Positions 35,748 to 48,715 of a stretch of 64,000 bases of DNA are shown piece by piece (the stretch's first letter is position 1; each line of letters opens with the position of its first letter). Made by a program: the position numbers and the translations under genes. Source of the DNA: Sporopachydermia quercuum. Taxonomy: Eukaryota. The stretch spans positions 2,170,001-2,234,000 of the forward strand of contig BCGN01000001.1 of the NCBI GenBank assembly GCA_001599295.1, given 5' to 3'. Below the pieces are notes generated by a model, which was given only the letters and a program-made list of their open reading frames with translations, searched no databases and had not been told where the DNA came from.

Positions 35748-37547
35748 ATGTTGGGCTTCTATCCAGTTAGAAGCTCAGCGTTGCGTTGCTTAAACCGAGG
35801 CTCAATTAGAGCACAATGCTTCTCGCAACACTCACTTCAACTTACTCGCAACCACATAAAACAAAAAAGCTTCTCGAACCCTTCAGTTCCGAAAATCAAA
35901 CAAAAGCCGGGATCAAAGTTTTTCTATGCTGCAGCTACTGCCGTTCCTCTTATTCTTGGACTAGCATGGATTGATGAGACTCACACTCGCAAATACCTCA
36001 ATCATGTAGTTCATACTTTAGAAAGAGTATCTGTCGTGTCTGTGGCAGCTGTCAAATGCTTTTATCATTATCGACGCGTACTTGACGCCTCTTACGCCTC
36101 AGAAGAAGACAAAGCTAAAGCGCTATCCAAATGCCATAAAAAATGCGCTGAGATCACTTTAAAAGCTTTAGAATCAAATGCTGGTATCTATATCAAATTC
36201 GGCCAGCATATCTCAGCTATGACCTACCTTTTTCCCTATGAATGGACATCTACTATGACTCCTTTGCAGGACAGATGTCCTCAATCTTCTTTGGAATCTA
36301 TTAGACAAATGATTCAATCCGATCTTGGTGTTGACCTTGATGATCTATTCAGTTCATTTGATCCAGAGCCACTAGGAACCGCTTCTCTTGCTCAAGTTCA
36401 TAAAGCTACCATAAGATCAACTGGCCAAGAAGTTGCAATAAAGATTCAACATCCATCTTTACGTGAATTTGTTCCCATAGATGTTCAAATGACTAAAATT
36501 GTGTTTGATTTGATGTATAAAGCGTTTCCAGAATATCCTTTGACTTGGCTAGGAGATGAATTACAAACATCTATCTATGTTGAACTAGATTTCACCAAAG
36601 AAGCCGAGAATTCTCAAAAAACTGACCGAGATTTCAGGCCGTTCAGAGATCAAACCGCGCTGAGAATTCCTCATGTCATCTCCGCTTCTCCTAGAGTATT
36701 AATTATGGAATACGTGTCTGGAGCCCGGCCCGATGATTTAGATTACTTAGCTAAACATAATATTGACAGAACCGACCTTTCTACTTGTTTTGCTCATATT
36801 TTTGACAGAATGATCTTCACACCAGGTATTGGAGTTCACTGCGATCCTCATGGTGGTAATTTAGCAATCCGAGCTCTTTCACCTTCTGAAAGAGCGGAGA
36901 AAAAATCTCGCCATAACTTCGAAGTTATTTTATACGATCACGGATTATATCGAGATGTACCTCGGGAACTTCGGTACAACTATGCTCAATTCTGGTTAGC
37001 TTTGCTTGACCAAAATGTGCCCAAAATGGAAGAATATGCAGAGAAATTCGCAAATGTGTCACATGATCAGTTCCCGCTTTTTGCCGCNGCAATCACTGGA
37101 AGAGATTTCGAACACGCATTGGGTGGAAAAGTCGTAACTACTCGAAGTCAGGCAGAAATTGATAATATGATGGATGCGATGTCTTCCGGACAAGTTTTGC
37201 AGCCATTAATGTCACTTCTTGCTCAAATGCCGAGAGTTGTGTTATTAATTCTGAAAACAAACGATTTGACCCGAAATTTAGACGAGAGCCTAAAAAGTCC
37301 CAAAGGACCCGAACGGACATTCTTAGTATTAGCCTCCTATTGTGCGCNTACTGTATACGAGGCTGACGTGGCGCAGTTGAAAGCGGAAAGGTCTAAATTA
37401 GGAAATTCGGGCTTAGGAAAATTGTTGGTTCAGGGCAAATTCTGGTTCAATGAGTGGAATGCATGGTTTAAGTACGTCCGAAGGGTTAATCAACTACTTG
37501 TATATGATTTTGTTGTGGCCATAAAGGGAATTCTGAAAATCGCTTAG
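35748..37547 (+). CDS. MCP2: Mitochondrial ABC1/UbiB atypical kinase (Mcp2/Cqd2, ADCK1-like)
   Basis: ATG at 35748 followed by a presequence; GIYIKFGQH, ASLAQVH, VAIKIQHP, ELDF, HCDPHGGN, LYDHGLY. Confidence 0.88.
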   Translation: MLGFYPVRSSALRCLNRGSIRAQCFSQHSLQLTRNHIKQKSFSNPSVPKIKQKPGSKFFYAAATAVPLILGLAWIDETHTRKYLNHVVHTLERVSVVSVAAVKCFYHYRRVLDASYASEEDKAKALSKCHKKCAEITLKALESNAGIYIKFGQHISAMTYLFPYEWTSTMTPLQDRCPQSSLESIRQMIQSDLGVDLDDLFSSFDPEPLGTASLAQVHKATIRSTGQEVAIKIQHPSLREFVPIDVQMTKIVFDLMYKAFPEYPLTWLGDELQTSIYVELDFTKEAENSQKTDRDFRPFRDQTALRIPHVISASPRVLIMEYVSGARPDDLDYLAKHNIDRTDLSTCFAHIFDRMIFTPGIGVHCDPHGGNLAIRALSPSERAEKKSRHNFEVILYDHGLYRDVPRELRYNYAQFWLALLDQNVPKMEEYAEKFANVSHDQFPLFAXAITGRDFEHALGGKVVTTRSQAEIDNMMDAMSSGQVLQPLMSLLAQMPRVVLLILKTNDLTRNLDESLKSPKGPERTFLVLASYCAXTVYEADVAQLKAERSKLGNSGLGKLLVQGKFWFNEWNAWFKYVRRVNQLLVYDFVVAIKGILKIA

Positions 37548-37887
37548 CATATGCATTATTTATGTTTTCTGAGTGGCTCAGCTCAAATCATAGTCCTTTT
37601 TTCATTGCGAGGCTAAATGTCGCTTAGCCTAATCAAGAGAATCAAATGGCACACTAAGCACAATCAAATAAAATTTCAAACGATTATCATTCAGTTGTTA
37701 CTGATACATTTCTAATCACTTTTCCTACTATGTATATAAAGACACATTGCTGTTACACTTTATTAATATCTAACATTAAGAATAATATCACCTAACTTCT
37801 ATAATACACAATATACAATAANTTATTTAAACACCAAAAACAACATATATGACGCATTATATGAGCCTGCCAAAAAGGATGAAACCC

Positions 37888-39949
37888 TTACTCGCGGAAA
37901 AACCCTCCAAGGTGTTTTTTCTCATCATAAAACTCAACATAGAGTGTTCTCCCCAATAGCTCCTTACCATTGAGCTCATAGTACACTAACAAAGCATCCA
38001 AGCTCTGTTCAAACACCAGATAAACATCACAAACTTCTCCATTCTCAGCCCAAAAGATTCTCATTGCTGTTGGTTTCACTGGGAGCTTCATATCTTCTAA
38101 ACCGAAAGCAATGAAATCACATAATTCAGCATCACTTAATGTAATTTCAGCAGCATAATACAGATTTTTGATTAGCAGTACGGAAGAATGAACGCCGGTA
38201 TTTTTCGATGAATTGATTTCGGAACCTTTCGGAGTTATCGCGTTTGGTAATCCGAGATTTTCCGGGATCATATCTTCTTCAAATTCCTGGTCTTCAGTGA
38301 CCGGTTTAGAATTAACTAGCTTGGTATCAGGGTTAATAAATAAGATTTGTGTTTCCGCGAATTTGTGTTTCACAAATGATTTATTTTCGGGGATTTTATC
38401 CAAAGGAACTGAAGAAGCCAAAGAATCAGAATGGGCTGAAACCGGAGAGAATGTTTCGTTAGTTGATAGATCATCATTGAAAAGCATGTTATCTAAATTA
38501 GGGAACTCTGTGGCTTTACGAATAACTGGTTTCCGAGATCTTTTCCGAAAAACTGGTTTTTCTTCCGGCGCTGTTTCCTCTTTTCTGTTTGATATGATAC
38601 CATAACTAGGAGAATATGCACTTGACATTAACTCCGACAAATATTCCGGTGTGGTCTCCCGTTTAACACTGAATTCTAAGTTTGCACCAATAGTCGGCTC
38701 TATTTCCATCTTCAGTTCTAAATCCGGTTCCGATTCGGGCTCCGGTTCCCAAATCCAAATCGACATTTGTATCCACATTTCCATCACCCTCAACATCCAC
38801 GACCATGTCGATGTCTGCTTCCTGGTCAAAATTAGTTCCTGCTCCTTGTTTCGATTCTTGCTTGACATGCGAAACAGAATCCTGACTATTCAAACTTATG
38901 ACTTCTGACTGAGCGAAATTCGTTCCTTCACCTTCTGTCTCACCCAGCAATACAATAGATTGTTCAGGGTTCTGTTCCGCTTTTTGTAGTTTGATTTCCC
39001 GAACTTCGGCAGCCACCGTACTATCTTCTACATGTATAAACCGGGATCTGGTTCTCTTAATCTTTGTGAAATCGTCTCCGCTTTCACTGGATGTTCTATT
39101 AACTTGTACTTTCTTTTTCCGACCACGTTTCTTAGGTTTATAGGCTATCTCATATAGCGGATCAATTTTGGAACGAACAAGAGATTCCCCCTCAGAAGCT
39201 GTTCCTAACAGAGAATCGAAATTTTCTGCTTTTGAAGGGGAAATCAAGTCATTTTGGGCATTTTCGACTTGAATCTGTTGCGCCTTCTTATTATTCTTTG
39301 TTGATTTCGGTGATGGATTCTTTTTGTCTTCANTATGAGTTCCGCTAGTGCGTAGATATTGCTGTTGTTGTGTTGATTTGAGCTCCGGTTCTGGCTTTTC
39401 AGTATGTTTACCGGTTTCCTTCCGAGTCAATGAAGGCGAACGTGCCGTGCTTATCTTTGTGCTGCGTTTAGATTCCGATCTTGTCCGACTATTTCGATTC
39501 TTCAAATCAAGCCGTTGTTTCAAGTCTATTAGGTAGTTCCGCCAATGAATATCCTCCTCTATCTTATACTCAGACTCAATGTAAAATAAGAAAGAATTAG
39601 GCTGTGATGGCACATAGTCTTTCTCATAAGCGGCTTTTATTGGATCCGAGTTCTCTTTCTGGGGAAATAACAGTTTTAATTCCAATTGATGTTCCGGGGA
39701 TGGGTCTCTATGATAGTTCTCAACAGTTGAATCAGAATTTTCTTCCGTTCCGTTTTCCGAGACAGTTTTCTCCAAAATTCCATTTTTTCCATTGTTCATG
39801 TTCGGGCTCCGGTTCCGGCTGCTGCCTCTTTCTCTACTATCTTCTTCTCCATCGGAAATGTGCCTGCTAATAGGATTGAAATTCACAACTACTGTCCTTT
39901 CTACTTTGGCGTTTTCTGCTTCCGTTTTGACCCTCAACGTATTTTCCAT
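37888..39949 (-). CDS. Uncharacterised low-complexity protein with a C-terminal RRM-like domain, split by a +1 frame break near 38749
   Basis: ORFs 39949-38663 and 38868-37888 overlap; C-terminus LLIKNL...VYLVFEQSLDALLVYYELNGKELLGRTLYVEF is RRM-like; basic KPKKRGRKKK segment upstream. Confidence 0.6.
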
Positions 39950-40607
39950 TATTCATTATTTCAACAATTTGTTCAAATGCACCAGTTGACTTAATTTTAT
40001 TGCTTACAATGTCAGATTCAATGCAAAATCATTACATCCATTTCGTTCATTTTTTTGGCAATTGATTACAAACAAAGGAGGGAGATTTATTCCGGATATA
40101 ATAAGTAAACAGTTTCAGAATAGTCTCCGTCTCAAACTGGGGTTATCAACAAAACATTCCCAAAATAGGTCTTATTCTTTATGGTCTTCACGTGTGCCCC
40201 TCTAAACCAGTTTCTTATCGGATGTTCCGTCTCTTTGACTGCCTTTCCGACCTTCATTTGATAGTCAAACGCTTCGTGAAGAATTGATAGTTAATTGAAA
40301 TGTATATAGTTGCGGTTCATTGTTATCTTTTTGAGTTGCAGAAACTAAGTTTGTTTGCTAGACGTCTTGCTTGGATTGCATTCTCTCGTATTGTTTGAAG
40401 TATGCAACAGAACAAGCAAATGAAGTGAACGTGAGAAGGTACAATTAGCAGACAAAAACTATTAAAATATCAACAATAACACTAATACCCTTGATATTCT
40501 GTAAATCAGCAGTAAAAAGTATTAAATCGATAGTGAATATTACTGCAATATTCCGTATTCTTTATTGTATATTCTCTGCATTAGTATATCAAAACCTACA
40601 TAGCACC

Positions 40608-41757
40608 ATGGCACCTCCTGGAGCTAGCACCATAGTAAGTATGACATAATCAATGACTCGGCGGGACTCTACATCCAACGCTGAATAAATCATAAAGAAT
40701 ACCAGAAAATAATGAATTACAACAATGAAATCTTTTTAAACCTACTAACAAATGATCCCAATCTTTTATAGATGAAGCTGAAAATTACGTTGAAGATGGC
40801 AATCAGCCGACTGAGACTGATCCAACAGAAACAAACAGCATTAGCTAAACAAGAAAGAAGAAACATGGCACAATTATTAGAAGTTGGTAAAGAAGAAAGC
40901 GCCCGGATAAGGGTTGAAAATATTATCCGAGAGGACATTTATGTTGAACTGCTAGAGATATTAGAACTCTATTGTGAGTTATTATTAGCTCGCATAGGGT
41001 TATTAGATTCAAAGTAAGTCATTGCTGGTAGTAGTTGATATTCCAATCAAACGAACTTCTGACATTATACAATACATGTACTAATATTTTACTCGATAGT
41101 GTATGCGATCCTGGACTGGAAGAAGCAGTGAAAACAATTATTTATGCAGCAAATAGATCAGACGTTAAGGAGTTACAGACCGTTAGAGAAATTCTTATAC
41201 ATAAGTTTGGCAAAGAATTTGCTCAAGATGCTATTGATAATGTAAACCGTGTGGTTCCAGATAGGGTGATTACGCGATTGTCAGTTGAGCCTCCAAGTCC
41301 AACATTGGTTTCCTTATACTTAAAAGAAATTGCAAAAGCTTATAAGGTACCATTTAGCGATTTGGATAAAGACGAGTCTTTACAAGAACTAATGGATGAA
41401 GTTAATGCAGAGAATGATAAAGAATATGATGGCAAAGGAGATTCTGGAGACGATGAAGGTGGATCTAGATCAGCACTAATTCCTAATCAACCAATTGGAA
41501 TTTCGGAGAAAGATGTTCATACTATTTCTAAAAAAGAATCAATGGAACGAAGGCTATCTGGAACAGCCAATCTACCTGATATTGGAGCTCCAAAGCCACC
41601 AATTGCCGTTTTACCTAAATCTCCGGCAACTGATGATCCGAAACCTAAATTATACATTCCGAAAGCTGCTACGATGAACAGCAATAAACCAACCTCAAAG
41701 GAAGATAAAGAGTTTGATGATTTACGGAAAAGATTTGAAGCATTAAAGAGACATTAA
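40608..41757 (+). CDS. IST1: ESCRT-III/Vps4 regulator Ist1, 3 exons
   Basis: Exons 40608-40634, 40772-41013 and 41100-41757 with GTAAGT donors and TACTAAC/TACTAAT branch points; ARIRVENIIREDIYVELLEILELYCELLLARIGL; C-terminal MIM motif DDLRKRFEALKR. Confidence 0.95.
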
Positions 41758-42271
41758 ATAGATATGTTGTATATATATACTAAGTATTACGTCAAAAACT
41801 ATAGTCGGTTCACATTCAATGTGTCTGAGATAAATTTGAATATGATATGACAAATAGTGGAGAATATATAAACATGAAGATGTAATCAGAAGAAGATTAA
41901 ACAGGTCTTTTGATNAGGTATGGAAATTTAGGAAACTATGTAGTTGATCAACTTAGATATAGGAAATGATCCGTAGGAACTGTCAGTTGAATATTTCATT
42001 ACGTTATATTATATTATCTTGTATTATACACTATTATGTTACAATAATTATCCTTAACAGCCTGCTTATCATTAATAATAGTAGAACTAATATTGTTTAT
42101 CTACTATTGATCAAACTAATAATTTCCACATCAACCTTCTTCTTTCTGCATCAACTTTAGTATCGTTATCAAGCTTTATTCCATATTATACATTCTCATC
42201 GTCAGTTTCAATTCCAATAATTGTCAAATCTCCCAAAGCCCATAGTCCCAGTATTTGCACACAAGAAGAAC

Positions 42272-45200
42272 CTATATTTCAATCTCCAGATTCTCTTCCA
42301 GCACTTGCTTCGCAAGCTGAAAATTCCCACTTGTTATATAAATCAACTGTAAATTATAAGCAGCCATTTTACCAAATCCTTCACAAGGTAAATTCTCATA
42401 TAAAAGTACTTTCTTATAGTACTTTTCAGCCAGCGTCATTAAATTAAGCATATGAAACATTCTCCCCATATTAAAATCAGCCTCCTGAGACTCACAGATA
42501 CCTTCTTTTTGCCTTGTGCTATAATAATCCAACATGAAACTTAGTCCTTGCAACAATTGACCATGTCTGTTTGCTGATACTCTCTGTAGTGCTCTATGCA
42601 CATGTGCTACAGCCATCATTAACAAAATGACTGGCTGATAGGGTTCAGTAGTATACGCTTGTACAGAATAAACTAAACTAGGTGAATAACTCTTTCCTGT
42701 TAGAAGCAGCATTCCATAATCTAATAGTAACATAACCACTGGCTTACTTAACCCTCTAACCTCTTTCCTCGAAGTTGACGCCATGCCAGTTGCTTTCCTT
42801 CCATACAGAAGGTAGTCATGAAGCTTTATTTGCCGCAGAAAATACTTCAAATGCATAATTGAGCAAAATTCACCTACTGCTTTCCTTCCGCCTGGATATA
42901 AACTGGTGAATATGCTGTATGCCATATTCTCAAATTGGTGTTCACGTAAACATTCTCGAAATGCATGACCTATCTCTCTATAGTCACGTGACAGAAGGCC
43001 ACAGGAAACATGAACAAGATCCATCAGTTGAGCTCTTTCTGGATCCTGGTAGAAAACGTTTGTTCGTTTAGCTGATTGAATTACAGAATAAGCATCTGAA
43101 ACATCTTCATATTCAGCTAGTAATAATGCATACTGCAAGAAAATATCTAACCATTGATTGAAGCTCAATCCTCTAAATCCCGTCACGTGACTACTTTTAA
43201 CATTCAATTTTTCAGTACCAACAATTGCCATATCATGCAACTGCGCCACACGTTTGATTTTATCATCAATATCAAGCCTTTTATATCTCCCACGTGCAAC
43301 TTTAACTCCAGAAAACATTTGCCCCTTGGCCCGTGGATAAAATCCTTTGACGTTGGTAAACATGTCAACCAGCTCACCAGCGATTTGAATCCAAGTAGCA
43401 ACACTTTCAGGGTTTTTCTTTCCATTTTGCAGGTTTGGCCAAAGAACAATCAGTCTATTATAGCGTAGAAGCACAAATCTGTTGAATTGTTCTTCTCTTC
43501 TTTCTCGAGCTTTTTTCATTTGGGCAATTTGCCGAGGTGTTAGTTTTCGTTTCCGTTTCTTCTCTTTAATAAACGCAGTCTCCGTTATTGCTTCATCTTC
43601 TCCGGATGCAATATCATCATCTCCGAAATCTCCTTCTTCTTCCTCTCTAATCCATTCCAAATAATCCTGACCTCTTCGATGGGACAGCTCCTCAATAATC
43701 TCTTTAGATTTCTCTAGCTGATTTGTATGATAATACAACTCAGATAAACTAATTAAAACATCATAATTTCCCGGATCAGCTACTAAAACTGTCTGATAAG
43801 CCTCTTCTGCTTGCTGAAGATCTCCAGTTTCCTGTAAGCATCTACCGATAGCAGAAACCAATCTTACAGAGTTCAATTCATCGACATAAGACAATGGAGT
43901 ATAGAAATCTAAGGCACATGCAAATTCCTCTTTATCCTCAAATGCTTCGGCAACTCGTAGATACAGATCGGAGTACTCTCCGATTTCAGATCGGACCAGA
44001 TACTTATATGTATGTACTTTAGCTTCCTCAATGTCTCCCAACTGTATCCGCAAAACAGCTAGTTTCACCCGAATTTCAAGCGGCAAGGAAAAATCCCGCT
44101 CCAGAATCCCAGGCTGAACTTCTGCTTGTTTATACAATCTTCTCGAATCGAATCTTCGTTCGTCGAACTCAGAATCATCTCCGACGTCGTCCCAAAACTT
44201 TTCATCGGCTCTACCTTGAATCCATCTAGCTACACGTTTGATTTCCCGTAACGCAAGCTTTGGAGACTTCTGCCGTTCATAAAGTTCTGCCAAAATATTT
44301 AATTCCGACCATCCAAACATCTGGACTTCTCCAGCTTCTACAGCCCCATTGTCAGCCATATTAGTATCCAAAATATCCTCATACAGCTTGACGGCATCAT
44401 TGACTCGTTTCTCGTGAATATATGCATCTGCTAGCTCACGTACAATGTTCGAATCTGCTGGCAATAGCTGATGTAGCCTTTGAAACGATAAAGCAGCTCT
44501 TTTATATCTTTCCAGTTCCATGTATAATAAAGCTCTTCTATACACAGTCTCCATATCTGATTTGTTAGCTGCTATCGCTTGAGTATAACATCGAATAGCT
44601 TGATCTTTTAACCCCAGTTTCAAGCTTAGTTCTGCACATTCGATCCACAATGTATGATCTCTGGGTGTTAATAAGGCTGCCATAATCCATAATGTGCAAC
44701 AACTAGCTAAATCTCCCTGCTGAGCTTTAATTTCTCCCAACGTTTTAAAAGCAGAATATGCTGTATTATCAATACGAATAGCCTCAGTAAAATATTTAGA
44801 TGCTAAATCGTAGTCATGTGACGCATATGCTTCATACCCTTTACTTAATAATACTTTGACTTCAACTGATAGCTTATCTTTCCTTAACACAGCTTTAACT
44901 CCACCTTTCCTAGTTTTATTATTTCCAGTTTTCTTCTTAGGCCGGAAATTATTGTATTCACGTAGACTATCAAAAAAATCATCTTGTTCCGGATCAGATT
45001 CGTTATCGGAGAATTCTAAGCTTGGATCAATGGCCTGAGCTTCTTTATCTTCCAACATGGCTTTCCGTAGTCTATCATGTTCAGTATCATTTTCCTCAGC
45101 AATAAGTTCTTTTGCGCGTTTGATTTGATCTTCAAATTCATCTTCCGAGCTTTGCAAATCAACTAGCGGCTCTGTTGAGTTTGTTACTTTTGATGCAATA

Positions 45201-45445
45201 GTTTTTGTATAATGTAGTTTGGGAACAACAGGTAAAGTTCGATCTACCATTGAAACATCTTCATTAACCTCCGAGTCTGAGTCTGAGCCCGAGTTCTGTA
45301 GAAACTCTAATTCATCTCCGTCATAGTTTCCACCTTCTTCCTCAGAATGTTCGGAGGTCAAAGAAAAGGTTCCGTCGTTATCGGAATGCTCTGTTTGGTC
45401 TTCTAATGAAAACCCTTCTTTGAGAAGTTCATCTATTTCATCCAT
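42272..45445 (-). CDS. TFC4: TFIIIC TPR subunit tau131
   Basis: 1057 aa; acidic N-terminus, TPR arrays, EIKRVARWIQGR, LPLEIRVKL, RHGQLLQGLSF, QEADFNMGRMFHML, AAYNLQLIY. Confidence 0.92.
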   Translation of the reverse strand: MDEIDELLKEGFSLEDQTEHSDNDGTFSLTSEHSEEEGGNYDGDELEFLQNSGSDSDSEVNEDVSMVDRTLPVVPKLHYTKTIASKVTNSTEPLVDLQSSEDEFEDQIKRAKELIAEENDTEHDRLRKAMLEDKEAQAIDPSLEFSDNESDPEQDDFFDSLREYNNFRPKKKTGNNKTRKGGVKAVLRKDKLSVEVKVLLSKGYEAYASHDYDLASKYFTEAIRIDNTAYSAFKTLGEIKAQQGDLASCCTLWIMAALLTPRDHTLWIECAELSLKLGLKDQAIRCYTQAIAANKSDMETVYRRALLYMELERYKRAALSFQRLHQLLPADSNIVRELADAYIHEKRVNDAVKLYEDILDTNMADNGAVEAGEVQMFGWSELNILAELYERQKSPKLALREIKRVARWIQGRADEKFWDDVGDDSEFDERRFDSRRLYKQAEVQPGILERDFSLPLEIRVKLAVLRIQLGDIEEAKVHTYKYLVRSEIGEYSDLYLRVAEAFEDKEEFACALDFYTPLSYVDELNSVRLVSAIGRCLQETGDLQQAEEAYQTVLVADPGNYDVLISLSELYYHTNQLEKSKEIIEELSHRRGQDYLEWIREEEEGDFGDDDIASGEDEAITETAFIKEKKRKRKLTPRQIAQMKKARERREEQFNRFVLLRYNRLIVLWPNLQNGKKNPESVATWIQIAGELVDMFTNVKGFYPRAKGQMFSGVKVARGRYKRLDIDDKIKRVAQLHDMAIVGTEKLNVKSSHVTGFRGLSFNQWLDIFLQYALLLAEYEDVSDAYSVIQSAKRTNVFYQDPERAQLMDLVHVSCGLLSRDYREIGHAFRECLREHQFENMAYSIFTSLYPGGRKAVGEFCSIMHLKYFLRQIKLHDYLLYGRKATGMASTSRKEVRGLSKPVVMLLLDYGMLLLTGKSYSPSLVYSVQAYTTEPYQPVILLMMAVAHVHRALQRVSANRHGQLLQGLSFMLDYYSTRQKEGICESQEADFNMGRMFHMLNLMTLAEKYYKKVLLYENLPCEGFGKMAAYNLQLIYITSGNFQLAKQVLEENLEIEI

Positions 45446-46056
45446 TGGGTCAAAACCTGGTACCTTCGGCTAAAGTAACCACTAACCAAATAACAAATAC
45501 AGCTAAAGAAGTAGCCTGGTTACCAAATGCAGACATTTGTCTTCGTGTTAGAGCTGAAGAGTCGAAGCATTTACTTAATACACGGAACAAAAGTTGGCTC
45601 AGAGCAATTAGCGGAACGCTCAAAACACGGAGAAAAGAGGTCTGTCCTAAATGGGAATTGTCATATTGATAAACTAACGGAGATAATAAGTTAAAGAGGA
45701 GATTATTCGTTGTTAATAATTTCCTAAATTTTGTTCAAGTTTTAAAGTATCACGTAATCGTTTTTATTTGTCTAATGTCAATGATGATGTATTTAAGATC
45801 ACGTAATCATTAACATCAAAGCGGCAAATCTGTACTTTTCTAGTACAAAGCATCGGCATCTATCAAATACATCAATCACAACCATCGGACATTCCGAAGG
45901 AGTTTAAGTATACTTTTACCCATACAAATAACTGATTCTGTGATTCTGTTTATTTTTATTATTTACAATTATTCTATATCGACAGTTGTATACAATCTTG
46001 GATATAAATCCGTTGGTAAGATCTAACAATCGATTCCGAATCATTACCCAACCACA

Positions 46057-47701
46057 ATGGTAAGTTGAGATAAGCTCATAGTATCGAGACAGTACTTCAG
46101 TTCGGATTTTCTGATGACTCCAAAATACTCAATTCTGGAAAATACCGTGATTTGAACCAAATATCCTCGAATGTACTAACGACTATGTTTTAGTTTGGCG
46201 GGTACACTTCGAGTAACTCATGGGGTATTGACCCTTTTCAACAGTTTGGAGTTCCATTATCAATGGGAAACAAATTTGAGGATTACTTCCGATGTTATCC
46301 TATAGCAATGATGTCTGATCAAGATCGGAAAGATGATGCAAACTATGGTGGTAAGATTTTTCTTCCTCCTAGTGCGTTGAATAAGCTAAGTAAGTATTGG
46401 AATGAAAGTGATTAGAAGATAGTGACGATATNAGATGGTATAGGAATTGGGAGTATTTCAGTTGTATGACGAAACAGATAGGAAACGGAAAAGCATTATC
46501 AAAGCGGAATCAATCACAATCAATAACGGATGCCTCTCTTAGTCAAGGTACAATCAATTATCATCTATTACAGCCAATACTTCATCTAACCCCTTACTAT
46601 TATGATGGTAATGCTTAAGACTACCATTTGAAGTATTCTATCTTTACCATGATCTATCNCTGTATCATTTTACAGTATCATAACTAACATCGAATAGCTC
46701 AATTAAATATCTCATATCCTATGCTTTTCGAATTATACTGCGAAGAATCAGATTTTACTACTCATTCTGGTGTCTTAGAATTTCTAGCTGAGGAAGGAAG
46801 AGCTTATCTACCACAATGGATGATGGAAACACTAAAAGCACAACCAGGAAGTTTACTGAAAATCGGATCAACGGATGTACCACTCGGATCTTTTGTTAAG
46901 CTCGAACCACAATCAGTAGACTTTCTGGATATATCTGACCCCAAAGCTGTGTTGGAAAATGTATTACGGAAGTTCTCTACATTAACTGTTAATGATATCA
47001 TTGAAATCAATTATAATAATAAATCTTTCAAGATCAAAGTATTAGAAGTTAAACCAGAAAGCGATAGCCATTCTATTTGCGTTGTCGAGACAGATTTAGT
47101 CACTGATTTTGCCCCGCCAGTAGGGTACGTTGAGCCTGAGAGGGAGCGTGGAGGCTCTGCTTCTGCTTCGGGAAGCGGGATTACTTCTGGAACAGGATCT
47201 GCAAATATTTCAAGAGGCGGGACACCTGTGGGAACAATGGCAAAAACTATTAGGTATGAAGAATTAGCCCGGTCGAGTTCCAGTGTGAATCTACCTAGAT
47301 TTGCTAACAAAGGACAAAAACTATCTAGTCGGCAGTCACGGAGAAAAGCCGTAACGAGTGCTGGAACTGGAACAGAAACTGGAAAAGATGCAGACCAGGA
47401 TTCGGGTAAAAATCCTGGAACAGTCGATATTGAACCTTTGAGTGACATTCCTCTTGGCGATCCGGTAGCTTTGGAATTACCCTTTGGTCAATTATTCTTC
47501 GGATATCCAGTAGTTCCCGTGAAATCAGACCCGGATGCTGATGAATCAGCTTCCGGTGCCGAGGGAAATAAAGAAAACAGCAACCATTTTGCTGGAAAAG
47601 GGAACACTTTGAGACAAAACAGGAAGAGGAAAGATGGTCAGAAGTATGGAAGTGCTGTTAAGAATAAAGCTAGAAGTCCTGATGTGATTGAAATAGATTA
47701 A
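46057..47701 (+). CDS. UFD1: Cdc48 cofactor Ufd1, 3 exons (first exon is the ATG only)
   Basis: Exons 46057-46059, 46194-46389 (FEDYFRCYPIAMM...NYGGKIFLPPSALNKL) and 46698-47701 (THSGVLEFLAEEGRAYLPQWMM, DFAPPVGYVEP, FAGKGNTLR). Confidence 0.96.
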
Positions 47702-48715
47702 TGGGAAAGGTAAAAGAAGAGGAAAAGGAGAAGAAGGGTTTGATGGTCATGCGAATATGAATAAATGTGAATAACTGTTAAAAGATTAGGTGATAAAATA
47801 TGAAGTAGTTACAATAAGAATTTAGTCTTGCGGTTGGCAATCCGATAGTAAAAGGCAATTCAACTTTGAGTGGGAAGTATGTGAATTTGGTGATGACCAA
47901 GCAGAATCCATCATAGCTGAAAAAATGGGGTGAATATGGAAGTATTAGAAGATGAAAATGAAGGTATAATAGTCTGATGTGTACGATTTATTATGTGATC
48001 TACTAGATGATCTGATGATTCATTATCAGTGATCATATTAAGCACTTATTTATACAATCTTATAGTGATATCAAATACCCTTCAAGAACGCATAAACCTA
48101 TTTTTGAACCGTCCACACTCATTACCACATCTACTTCTGTTCCATCAACACTTTTCGGGTGGGTCCAGCTTTCTGCTTTTGTCAAAAAGATCTACATACA
48201 TCATCAACAGGAAGCGCATTTGATATTCTTACTAGTGGTTGAAGGTATAATAATCAACCATATATTTTTATATCTTGATGGATTATAACCGATTTCCATA
48301 AACAATGAACCATCAAAGAAAGCAAATACATGACAATGTAAAAGAAATCTAGATTATACTCTGATAACCCTAATGCTACTACCATTAATGTTAATCAAAT
48401 GTTAATTTCTGATGTAGTAAATAATGAGGATCCCATATTCCCTTACTATTAGTTTATGTATGACTTATATCTCTCAAGTATTATGTCATTGATAAAGAAA
48501 GGCTGACTAAAGTGCAATGTCTGCGACAGTTACTGAACCTTTCTTTATCTCTGCCACAGAAGTATGCTGTCTTTGTTATATATTTAAGCACTTTTTATAG
48601 TATGTTTACATGAATTGAGCAACCAGAAGAGAATTGAATATGATAATTTGCTTCAGGATGATGATCAATCAATAATCATGAACATACTTTTTAATAATCT
48701 TCCTCATCCAATAAA

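Noticed and set aside
40772..40960. Possible CUG codon reassignment (Ser/Ala yeast clades)
   Set aside because: CTG occupies conserved Leu positions in IST1 (K-L-K, R-L-R, E-L-L-E) and FIP1 (L-E-E-K-P-W), which indicates the standard code.
47890..47976. C/D-box-like motifs after UFD1
   Set aside because: Located in a probable 3' UTR, with no recognisable antisense guide or terminal stem.
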